This document shows positions 56,224 to 64,000 of a stretch of DNA of 64,000 nucleotides, piece after piece. The first letter of the stretch is position 1. Each line of letters begins with the position of its first letter. The stretch is taken from NCBI GenBank assembly GCA_965203855.1, contig CBDBDN010000005.1, forward strand, positions 577,804-641,803. The letters are read 5' to 3'. The stretch is from Dehalococcoidia bacterium. Lineage in GTDB: Bacteria > Chloroflexota > Dehalococcoidia > Lucifugimonadales > UBA3495. The notes beneath the pieces were generated by a model. It searched no databases. It saw nothing but the letters and a program-made list of their open reading frames with translations, and was not told the DNA's origin. Position numbers and translations under genes: made by a program.

Positions 56224-57746
56224 ATTGCCGCATCCTGCCACGCCAAACGGCCATTTACGATGGTCAACGCCGCCCGCGCTGCCGCCAATTCCTCAACCGC
56301 CGGCAGCGCTGCCACCGCCAGATCCGCCGGCTCCCCTACCCTGATGCGCCGCCCCACAGCGTGAAGCCGCAGCGCATCTACTACGGACGGGATGGCAACG
56401 CCGCCCAAAGCGATGCCGTCCGCCGACTGCCGGGTTACTGCGGCGGCAATGCCGGCCCACGGATTCGGCTCAACCACCGGCGCATCGGAACCGAAAGCCA
56501 TCGGAACGCCCATCGCATACAGCGCCCCTACCGGGTACAAATGCGGCAGCAGCTCCGGCGCAACCGTCCGGGCATAGCGTTCCCCATCATAATGTAAAAA
56601 GGCCGGATTGCCGACGACCTGCGCCCCCGACTGCCACACCAGCTTGGCCACATCCGGCGGGCATTCGGCGCAATGCTCAATCCGATGACGACTCCCCGCC
56701 GGCGGGGGTATGCCGGACAGCGACAGGGCGGCGGCCACTACTGCATCCTGCTCAACGGCGTGAATCGCCGCCGGATAGCCGGCATGACGGGCCTGCCGCA
56801 CCATTTCGGTAAGCCGTTCCGGGTCGGGATGCAGCGCGCCGCCGGATGCCGTAAGCATTATCTTGGCGTGTCCCAAAGTCAGCATACCGCCGGCGGTAGT
56901 GTCGCCGTAGGCCAGGCCGGCGGCTTGCAGTTCCGGCAATTTGCCCCATCCGGCCATCATCGTAATCCGCAGCGGCAAGGCCCCGTCGCGCGCGGCGGCG
57001 GCCAGGGCGCGCCATTTGGCGATGCCGTTGCCCGCGCCGGCGTCGGTAACGGCGGTAATCCCGTAGCGCAGCAGACGCCGGCCCCAGTCAAACAGGCCGT
57101 CCGGGTAATCCGGCCCGGCGCCCGCAGCAGCCGGCCGCGCCGGCCAAGCCCACGCCGCCGGTTCCAGCAGCAGCCCGGTTGGATGGCCGGCGGCATCCCG
57201 GACAATAACCCCGCCCGGCGGATCGGCAGAGCCGGCGCCAATGCCCATTGCGTCCAGGCCGGCCGAGTTCACAACGGCGGCGTGGCCGGAACGATGGTCA
57301 ACCCGCACCGGCAGGGTCAGCGACACGGCGTCCAGATCCCGGCGTTCTAGATGCCGGCCCAATCCCGCCGGTGAATCGTCATACCCGTAGCCGCGCACCC
57401 AGCCGGCGCCGGACATCGGCAGAGCAGCGCGCAAAGCGGCAATCACCCCAGCCACATCCGGCGCAATTGAGTGACGGCAATCCACTTGCGTATCACGCGC
57501 CGCCGCTGCGAAAATATGGACATGGTCATCCACCAGCCCCGGAATGACGATGCGCCCGTCGCAGTCAACTACCGCAGTATCCGGGCCAACGCCGCCGGCG
57601 ATTTCCCGATACCGGCCCACCGCCGCAATGCCGCCGGCGCGCACCGCCACCGCATCGGCATCCGGCAGAACTGCCAAACCGCCATCGGCACCAGGCAAGA
57701 TTGGCGAACCGCCGGCGGCGGCAAAGATCCGGGCGTTACGCAGCAT
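56178..57746 (-). CDS. amidohydrolase-family metallohydrolase (YtcJ-like)
   Basis: Start at the ATG at 57746 (MLRNARIF). VIPGLVDDHVHIF metal-binding HxH motif and AIHAVEQDAV. The upstream 136 codons of the 658-aa ORF are antisense to the R-M genes and are rejected. Confidence 0.8.
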   Translation of the reverse strand: MLRNARIFAAAGGSPILPGADGGLAVLPDADAVAVRAGGIAAVGRYREIAGGVGPDTAVVDCDGRIVIPGLVDDHVHIFAAAARDTQVDCRHSIAPDVAGVIAALRAALPMSGAGWVRGYGYDDSPAGLGRHLERRDLDAVSLTLPVRVDHRSGHAAVVNSAGLDAMGIGAGSADPPGGVIVRDAAGHPTGLLLEPAAWAWPARPAAAGAGPDYPDGLFDWGRRLLRYGITAVTDAGAGNGIAKWRALAAAARDGALPLRITMMAGWGKLPELQAAGLAYGDTTAGGMLTLGHAKIMLTASGGALHPDPERLTEMVRQARHAGYPAAIHAVEQDAVVAAALSLSGIPPPAGSRHRIEHCAECPPDVAKLVWQSGAQVVGNPAFLHYDGERYARTVAPELLPHLYPVGALYAMGVPMAFGSDAPVVEPNPWAGIAAAVTRQSADGIALGGVAIPSVVDALRLHAVGRRIRVGEPADLAVAALPAVEELAAARAALTIVNGRLAWQDAAMDSGASRNDGYKGSE

Positions 57747-57887
57747 CAGGCTAAAAGCGGGCAAGGTGTCAACCTCCGCATAGGCTATGGATGCCGGCTT
57801 TGCGCGGTAACCGGTAAGCGGGAGGAAGGGGCCGGAACCGGCGGCATCCTCCCGCTTAATTATAGCTATGGCAAGTGCGCGGGCGGC

Positions 57888-57916
57888 TTGACAAACCGCC
57901 GCCGGGTTGCTATCGA
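57888..57916 (+). promoter_or_regulatory. candidate promoter of the R-M operon
   Basis: TTGACA (57888-57893), 17 nt, TATCGA (57911-57916). An AGGAGG RBS sits at 57941-57946. Confidence 0.3.
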
Positions 57917-57956
57917 GGATCGAAATCGAAAACTCATCACAGGAGGCAGAGCAGGA

Positions 57957-58626
57957 ATGAACGAGGATCTGATTCGGCTGATTAAGGACTATGCGATGGG
58001 GCGGCACAAAGAAATCCATGACTATCTGCTCTCCAAATCCAAAGATAACCTCATCGCTATGCTGGTCGATTTGCTTACCGTTTATTTCAATGACGTCAAT
58101 TCGTCCGCAATGCGTGAGATGGCGGTAGCACTGCTGGCCGGCTACCAGCCGCAACCGGAGAAACTGGGGTTACAACGGATTTCGTCACGACGCTCTCACC
58201 GGCAACACTGAGTACTGCGAAATCAAGCCGGCCAATATCAGGACGGATTCAAATGCGAAAACTTTACGTAAGCTCAATGGCAGCGGCAATTTCACTGACT
58301 ACACTTGGGCCAGGCTTGAGGACCATCAAACTGACAATCCGACATTGCTGGTAGCTGGCTTCGTTGATGCCCGCTTGGTGTACATTTTCAAGTTTGAGTT
58401 TGACGAACCAGAATTCGTTGAGCATCTGAATCGCCAGCTTGCCCGCAAATTCCCTGATGGCGACGTCAGCGGGATCTTTCTGCGGAGCGCTTCCTTTTCG
58501 TTCCGAAACTTCAAAGACTGCGCTAGTCTGGAAACGTTTTGTTTCGTAAATAAGAACGAGTTGGATAACCTACGCGGCCACATCGTGCGCGACCTTTACG
58601 CCCACTTGCGGAGATTCGCACAATGA
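57957..58626 (+). pseudogene. type II restriction endonuclease (PD-(D/E)xK), interrupted by a +1 frameshift in a G4 run
   Basis: Frame 0 (MNEDLIRLIKDY..QPQPEKL) stops at 58209-58211. The next frame continues GYNGFRHDALTGNTEYCEIKPANI.. (a D..ExK motif) to a TGA overlapping the methyltransferase ATG (ATGA). Removing one G at 58166-58169 fuses the frames. Confidence 0.55.
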
Positions 58627-59516
58627 TGCACATTGACCAACTTATTTGCGGCGATGCGCTCACCGTGTTGCAATCTTTGCCCGATGATGCCGTTGATGTC
58701 GGCATAACTTCGCCGCCCTACAACAAGCAGGAAAAGCATAAGGGATGGCTGGTCAAGAACGTCGTCTATAACGCCGTTACCGACGCCGTTCCTGAGCCGG
58801 AATACCAAGACCGGCAGGCGGAGACGCTCAATGAGATTTACCGGGTTACAAAGCCCGGCGGTTCGTTTTTCTACAACCATAAAATCCGTTGGGAACGGGG
58901 CCGGATGTACCATCCTATGGACTGGCTGCGTCAAACCGGCTGGACGGTAAAGCAGGAAATCGTCTGGGATCGGGTTATCGCCGCCAACATCCGGGGCTGG
59001 CGATTCTGGCAGGTTGAGGAACGCATTTACTGGCTTTACAAGCCGATTGGCAGCAAGCTGATCGGCCGGGAACTGCAATCAGGGGATGCCAAATTAACCT
59101 CAATCTGGCGCGGTGTACCGGAAGGCAAAAATCCGCACCCGGCTCCATTCCCTTTATGGCTGCCGGCGCGAGTGATCATCTCAATTCTAGGCACGGACGA
59201 ACCCGGCGTAGTGCTTGACCCATATATCGGCAGCGGCACTACGGCGGTTGCCGCCAACCTGCTGGGGCATCGCTATATCGGCATTGACATCAGTCAGGCA
59301 TACTTGGACTTTGCCCAAGAGCGGTTAGAAAGCGCTCAAATTGAGATGCCCAAAATTCAGGCCGAGCTGGAATTGCACGGCGTGGAAATGACTTTCAAAG
59401 AGCGCAAGCAACAAGGGCTGAACGTAGGACGGCATCGCAACTCTCCCAAAGAACCGCAAACAGCAGCACGGCTTTTCGAGCGTACGGACGCGGGGTATCA
59501 GACACCCCAGGGCTAA
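58623..59516 (+). CDS. DNA methyltransferase, beta-class N4-cytosine/N6-adenine (SPPY)
   Basis: Motif IV GITSPPYN near the N-terminus and motif I VVLDPYIGSGTTAVAA near the C-terminus. Confidence 0.85.
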   Translation: MMHIDQLICGDALTVLQSLPDDAVDVGITSPPYNKQEKHKGWLVKNVVYNAVTDAVPEPEYQDRQAETLNEIYRVTKPGGSFFYNHKIRWERGRMYHPMDWLRQTGWTVKQEIVWDRVIAANIRGWRFWQVEERIYWLYKPIGSKLIGRELQSGDAKLTSIWRGVPEGKNPHPAPFPLWLPARVIISILGTDEPGVVLDPYIGSGTTAVAANLLGHRYIGIDISQAYLDFAQERLESAQIEMPKIQAELELHGVEMTFKERKQQGLNVGRHRNSPKEPQTAARLFERTDAGYQTPQG

Positions 59517-59527
59517 TTGCGGTAGCC

Positions 59528-60022
59528 TTATTTCCCGATTGCTTTTACTGCATCTACGCCCAAATGCCGCTCAAAGTCGGCAAAAGCCTTGCCGATGGGA
59601 TCGAAAGCCACATCAATAGTATGGATCTGGCAAAATGCGCCATTGCCCTCGCTGTTGCGAGCATAAAAGCGCCAAACTTGCCCGTCCGTAATCACGGCGA
59701 GGCGAGCTGCAGGGTGCGGGCAGTAATCGTTAGGGCTTGGCGCAACAGAACCTTTGAGCACGTGTTTGGCCTCGATCAACGCCAAAACGTCGCTATCATA
59801 CCCGTCCTTGAGCGTGAGATATGGCACCTGATAGCTGTACCCGGGGTAGGGCGTGCGAATCGCAATTTCGGGGAAAACCTGCGAAATGTCGAGTACAGGC
59901 CAGCCCAATGAATGCAGGGTGGGCAGCACCGCGCTATGCATTATCGCCTTTGCGTTATGGTAATAATGTTTCTCGTGAAGTGTCCGGTATTTGATCCTGT
60001 AGAATTCGGTAGGTATGTACAT
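59528..60022 (-). CDS. HsdR_N-like (PD-(D/E)xK fold) hypothetical protein
   Basis: VLPTLHSLGWPVLD, LIEAKHV and LAVITDGQVWRFY follow the pattern of type I restriction enzyme R N-terminal-like domains. Confidence 0.5.
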   Translation of the reverse strand: MYIPTEFYRIKYRTLHEKHYYHNAKAIMHSAVLPTLHSLGWPVLDISQVFPEIAIRTPYPGYSYQVPYLTLKDGYDSDVLALIEAKHVLKGSVAPSPNDYCPHPAARLAVITDGQVWRFYARNSEGNGAFCQIHTIDVAFDPIGKAFADFERHLGVDAVKAIGK

Positions 60023-60055
60023 TTGGCACCTCGATTGCCGCTGATTTCATTTCGT

Positions 60056-60083
60056 ATTATACTCGACAGACTTGGATTGTCAA
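60056..60083 (-). promoter_or_regulatory. consensus sigma70 promoter for the 59528-60022 gene
   Basis: Minus strand reads TTGACA (plus 60078-60083), 16 nt, TATAAT (plus 60056-60061). GAGGTG RBS before the ATG. Confidence 0.6.
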
Positions 60084-60143
60084 TATATTCCAGCGGCTCA
60101 AAATCGCGTACCGCTGCACGGCTTTGGCGGCCGGCCGCTGCGA

Positions 60144-60172
60144 TTGACGCCTTGCCAGGCCGATAGTACAAT
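60144..60172 (+). promoter_or_regulatory. candidate promoter for the protease-DUF2442 gene
   Basis: TTGACG (60144-60149), 17 nt, TACAAT (60167-60172). Confidence 0.5.
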
Positions 60173-60202
60173 CACTCAACCGCACCGCGCGGAGCGTTGA
60201 CC

Positions 60203-60862
60203 ATGCCAACTTTCAGCGTACCCATCAAAGTCGGCAACCCGGCCGGCGGCGCTTTGGCGCCGGCAACAGCCGTGGTGGATACCGGCGCCGACCATTCTAT
60301 GTTGCCGGCGTCTCTCCTGGAACGGCTGGATATAGCCCCGCTGGAACGGATGCAGTTTATGCGGGATGATGGCAGCCGGGACGAATACGGCATCGGCATC
60401 GCCAGCATTGCGATTGACGGGCGGGAACGCCCCTGCCCGGTAATATTCGGCCCCGATGACGCCTATATGCTGGGCGCGTCAACGCTGGAGATTTTCAATT
60501 TGAGGGCCAATTGGACTAATGGCCGTCTGGAGCCGGAGGCATGGCTGTCGCTGGGGCGCGGCGGCGACAGCGCCGTTGCGAGTTGGGCCGGCGGAGCATC
60601 GCCAGCGCCGCTGTCGGTAAGCGCAGGCGATGGATACAGCGTCCTGTTGAGCTATGACGACGGCGCATCCGGCGCGGTTGACTTGTCCTACCTGGCCGGC
60701 CAGGGCGTATTCACGGCTTGGAACGACCGGGCCTTTTTTGAGTCAGTGCGACTATCCGAAGGCGGCGGCATCACTTGGGGAAACGAGATTGACCTTTGCC
60801 CGGACGATCTCTATATGCGGCTTACGGGCCAGGTAGCCGACGCAACGGGTATGCAACGGTGA
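60203..60862 (+). CDS. retropepsin-like aspartyl protease domain fused to a DUF2442 domain
   Basis: The N-terminal AVVDTGADHSMLP is the D(T/S)G aspartic-protease signature. The C-terminal YSVLLSYDDGASGAVDLSYL..GGITWGNEIDLCPDDLY follows the DUF2442 pattern. Confidence 0.6.
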   Translation: MPTFSVPIKVGNPAGGALAPATAVVDTGADHSMLPASLLERLDIAPLERMQFMRDDGSRDEYGIGIASIAIDGRERPCPVIFGPDDAYMLGASTLEIFNLRANWTNGRLEPEAWLSLGRGGDSAVASWAGGASPAPLSVSAGDGYSVLLSYDDGASGAVDLSYLAGQGVFTAWNDRAFFESVRLSEGGGITWGNEIDLCPDDLYMRLTGQVADATGMQR

Positions 60863-60868
60863 TTGAAA

Positions 60869-61132
60869 ATGCCAGCAATCTGCCGTTTTGCACCCAACAG
60901 AATCAGCATACATATTTACTACAATGACCATATGCCGCCGCATTTTCATGTGCACTACGCTAATGGCAACGCCGCGATCGATATTGAAACATTGCTGATA
61001 ATGCGCGGCGAATTGTCCGGCCGAGTACGCAAGCAGGTCGTTTCCTGGGCCCAATACCACCAATCCGAACTGCGGGAAGCTTGGAATCGGGCTCAGCAAG
61101 GCCGGCCTCCCGGCAGCATTGCTCCACCCTAG
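60869..61132 (+). CDS. DUF4160 domain protein
   Basis: MPAICRFAPNRISIHIYYNDHMPPHFHVHY is the characteristic DUF4160 N-terminus. Confidence 0.7.
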   Translation: MPAICRFAPNRISIHIYYNDHMPPHFHVHYANGNAAIDIETLLIMRGELSGRVRKQVVSWAQYHQSELREAWNRAQQGRPPGSIAPP

Positions 61133-61170
61133 CTTCCGCACAGGGTCATTAACGGAGGCCAAGCCTAAAT

Positions 61171-61647
61171 ATGACTACCGCACGCACCTATCCCCTGGAT
61201 CACGAGCCGCCCGCGCAGGTAGTTCCCCAGAGCCTGAACGACTATTTGGAAGTGATGACCAAGGCCGTTTTTCAGAGCGGCTTGTCCTGGAAAGTCGTAG
61301 CCAACAAATGGCCCGGCTTTCAGGCCGGGTTTCACGGCTTTGACGCCGCCGCCGTCGCCGCAATGGACGATTCCGCCATTGATACGCTGGCCGCCGACCC
61401 GGCTATCGTCCGCAACCGCCGCAAAATCGCCGCCACCGTCCGTAACGCCCAAAGACTGATCGAGCTGGAGGAGGAATACGGCGGGGACATACGCAACTAT
61501 CTGCGCGCCCACGCCGATTTCTACGCCCTGCTCAAAGATGTCCGCAAGCAGTTCAAGTATATGGGCGACACCGGAACCTACTACTGGCTCTATGTGCTGG
61601 GCGAAGCCGTCCCCGACTACGCCGAGTTCTGCAACCGTGGCCAATGA
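61171..61647 (+). CDS. tag: DNA-3-methyladenine glycosylase I-like protein
   Basis: AVFQSGLSWKVVANKW, FDAAAVAAM and IVRNRRKIAATVRNA motifs. Lacks the N-terminal zinc motif. Confidence 0.7.
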   Translation: MTTARTYPLDHEPPAQVVPQSLNDYLEVMTKAVFQSGLSWKVVANKWPGFQAGFHGFDAAAVAAMDDSAIDTLAADPAIVRNRRKIAATVRNAQRLIELEEEYGGDIRNYLRAHADFYALLKDVRKQFKYMGDTGTYYWLYVLGEAVPDYAEFCNRGQ

Positions 61648-61789
61648 CAACCGATTTGTGGTAACATTCAGCGCAGCAAAATATCCGCCGCAATCCATCT
61701 CCTACAAGAGAGTTAATATCAGGGTAAATCTATGACTAATCATGATACCAGCCGGCCGGCACTCAAAGAGTGGGCTGTCATTATCCATT

Positions 61790-63370
61790 ATGATTGACCT
61801 GCTGATTACCAACGGAACCGTAGTTGACGGCTCCGGCAGCCCCGGTTTCCGCGCTGCCGTTGCCGTATCCGGCGATGTTATCGCCATTCATCGGGGCGAT
61901 GACGCCGACCGGCGCGCCAACGCCGTCCGCATCATTGACGCCGCCGGACTGGTGGTCTGTCCCGGCTTTATTGACCTGCATTCCCACGCCGGATTGACTA
62001 TCCTGGGCGCGCCGCATCACGACCCCAAAGTGCGGCAGGGCGTAACTACCGAGCTGGTAGGCATTGACGGCATTTCCCACGCCCCATTCCGGTCGCAGGA
62101 CGAGCTGCATCGCTATATCTGGCTGGACGCCGGGCTGAACGGCTACCCGCCAATGCCCGCCGACTGGCTCTCCGTAGCCGACCTGCTGGGCAAGTATGAC
62201 GATGCGGTGGCCGTCAACATCGCCTACATCCTGGGCAATTCGCCCGTCCGCATTTGGAGTATGGGCTGGCAGCAGCGTCCGGCCACGCCCGCCGCAATCG
62301 CCGATATGCAGGCGGTAGTGCGCGAGGCGATGGAGGAAGGCGCCTGGGGCTTGTCCACCGGGCTGGACTATCCGCCCGGCGCCTACGCCGACACCGACGA
62401 GCTGGTTGCCCTGTCGGAAACGGCGGCGTCTCTGGGCGGCATCTACCACACGCATACCCGCGCCAGCCTGCTCAGCCAGGGATATCTGGCGCCTTGGCAA
62501 GAGGCGGTGGAGATTGGACGGCGCAGCGGCATCCCGGTGCATCTTACGCATTACCGGCAGAGCGTTTCCGGCGTCGGCAGCCATATCGGGCATCTGGAGC
62601 TGGTAGAGGACGCCCGCGCGGCGGGCATTGACTGCACTTTTGACTGCTACACCTATCCTTATTCCGGCACGACGCCTACCATCGGGCTGCCGCACTGGGC
62701 GAAAGACGGCGGCCCGGAACGGCTGATTGCCGCCTTGCAGGATGCCGATGACCGCGCGCGGATGAAACGCGAAATGTCCCCATCACGGCTGGAAAACAAC
62801 TGGCTGACCAATTTCACACGCCCCGAAAACCGCATCTACGACGGCCGGCTGATTACCGACATTGCCGAAATGCGCGGGCAGGAGCCGGCCGACGCCCTCT
62901 TTGACCTGCTGCTCTCCGAGAACCTGGGCATCAGCACGGTGGGGTTAGGCACCAACGCGCAGACGCTGTATGCCTTTGTATCGCATCCCTACGGGATGAT
63001 CGCCTCCGATGCCATCCTGTTCGGAGAGTATCCCAACCCGCGCACTTACGGCTGTTTCCCCATCGTGCTGGCGGAATTCGTGCGCGCCGAGAAGCATTTG
63101 CGCCTGCCGGAAGCCATTCGCAAGATGACCTCTTTTCCGGCGCAGCGGCTGGGCCTCCCCGACCGGGGCCTGCTGCGGGACGGGTTCAAGGCCGACATCG
63201 TAGCGTTCAACCCTGACACTGTAAAAACCTATGCCACGCGCGAAAACCCCAAGCAGTACCCCATCGGCATTGAGTATGTAATCGTCAACGGCCAAGTAGT
63301 GATTGAGCAGGGCGAAAACACCGGCGCGCTGCCAGGCCGTGCGCTGCGGCGGGGGCGGGCGGCTGGATGA
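61790..63370 (+). CDS. N-acyl-D-amino-acid deacylase (D-aminoacylase) family amidohydrolase
   Basis: Start at the ATG at 61790 (MIDLLITNGTVVDGSG). PGFIDLHSHA metal motif. Confidence 0.8.
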   Translation: MIDLLITNGTVVDGSGSPGFRAAVAVSGDVIAIHRGDDADRRANAVRIIDAAGLVVCPGFIDLHSHAGLTILGAPHHDPKVRQGVTTELVGIDGISHAPFRSQDELHRYIWLDAGLNGYPPMPADWLSVADLLGKYDDAVAVNIAYILGNSPVRIWSMGWQQRPATPAAIADMQAVVREAMEEGAWGLSTGLDYPPGAYADTDELVALSETAASLGGIYHTHTRASLLSQGYLAPWQEAVEIGRRSGIPVHLTHYRQSVSGVGSHIGHLELVEDARAAGIDCTFDCYTYPYSGTTPTIGLPHWAKDGGPERLIAALQDADDRARMKREMSPSRLENNWLTNFTRPENRIYDGRLITDIAEMRGQEPADALFDLLLSENLGISTVGLGTNAQTLYAFVSHPYGMIASDAILFGEYPNPRTYGCFPIVLAEFVRAEKHLRLPEAIRKMTSFPAQRLGLPDRGLLRDGFKADIVAFNPDTVKTYATRENPKQYPIGIEYVIVNGQVVIEQGENTGALPGRALRRGRAAG

Positions 63371-63547
63371 TTGACGAAAAACCGGAACGCTGCGTTGCGG
63401 CAGTTCCGGTTCCGGAGCGTCAGGTGTCATACCTACAAGGTATTCCGTCCAACGCTGGCCTCATCATAGCCCGTCCATAGGTTGCTGTCAATAGGGTTGA
63501 CAGCGATAAATTTTTGGCGCAGTATCTGTCTAAAACGGAGGATCCAA

Positions 63548-64000
63548 ATGCTGGCATTCATTGACGAGAGCGGACATCCGCACCCCAAAGACCCCAGCAA
63601 ACGGCCTGTTGTAGTGGCAGTATGCTTCGACGAGCGTGATGCTCGTATGACTAGCCGGCGAGTCTATGCTATAAAGCAAGCAACTTTGGGTGCGGAACGC
63701 GCTCAAAGTGAACTCAAAGGCCGGACTTTGCTCAATCGGCCAACCCACCGGCGCAAACCCGAGGTGCGGGCTTTGGCTGACGAATTTTTCACCGCCTTTC
63801 GAACCTTGCCCGTAACGGTGTTCGCAACGGTCATGGAAGGCCCGTTTGATCACCGGCAGCAAGATGACGGTCGGCTGGAAAATCGTTTTCGGTTCCTGTT
63901 GCAGAGGATTGAACTTTTAGCGGCGGAAAGCAACGTTATGGCCAATGTAATGTTTGACGGGCATAGCGGGCAGCTCAGCGGATTGAGCGATCGATTCGCA
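63548..64000 (+). CDS. DUF3800 domain protein, 5' part (runs off the window; absent from the ORF track)
   Basis: The ATG at 63548 gives MLAFIDESGHPHPKDPSKRPVVVAVCF.., a DUF3800-type N-terminus (FIDESG). The frame is open to the window end. Confidence 0.6.
   Translation, partial: MLAFIDESGHPHPKDPSKRPVVVAVCFDERDARMTSRRVYAIKQATLGAERAQSELKGRTLLNRPTHRRKPEVRALADEFFTAFRTLPVTVFATVMEGPFDHRQQDDGRLENRFRFLLQRIELLAAESNVMANVMFDGHSGQLSGLSDRFA

Noticed and set aside
57747-58154. N-terminal 136 codons of the 658-aa amidohydrolase ORF.
   Set aside because: They are antisense to the better-supported restriction endonuclease 5' region. The amidohydrolase fold begins at MLRNARIF (ATG at 57746).

Overview
High-GC bacterial chromosomal window. 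I saw no rRNA, tRNA, CRISPR array, integrase or intact transposase. Most of it is housekeeping: aspartokinase and thrB, uppP, glmS, a yvcK-like gene, an acyl-CoA mutase / acyl-CoA dehydrogenase / methylmalonyl-CoA epimerase group, holA, rpsU, dtd, nudC, metG, a polyprenyl synthase, and a minus-strand ilvB-ilvN-[Uma2]-ilvC-leuA operon. That operon is preceded by a recognisable Leu (CUC) T-box leader with an intrinsic terminator. The most unusual locus is 33.7-48.4 kb: an SsuD-like monooxygenase, then two about 1,100-aa double-FtsX (MacB-type) permeases, then a diverged tandem duplication of a secreted FN3 + ASST-like beta-propeller gene, then two ABC ATPases. The first propeller copy has its start codon replaced by a G27 + (GA)5 tract, and the second carries a GAT-ACN acidic repeat expansion. 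Accessory content includes: a DNA methyltransferase-HNH fusion; a small AT-richer island (57.9-61.1 kb) holding a type II R-M pair whose nuclease is broken by one extra G, an HsdR_N-like nuclease-fold gene with a consensus promoter, and a retropepsin-DUF2442 fusion next to DUF4160; two DUF3800 genes; an IS1-like remnant; and two inverted paralogs of a secreted protein that both carry poly-C tracts (one in frame, one frameshifting). Nearly every intergenic region carries a hairpin repeat, CCGTCATTCCGGCGCAAGCCGGAATCC. It occurs alone, as inverted pairs, and as seeds of locally homogenised tandem arrays (periods 19, 20, 22 and 92 bp). All functions are inferred by eye from motifs in the supplied translations. 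No database search or computation was run.
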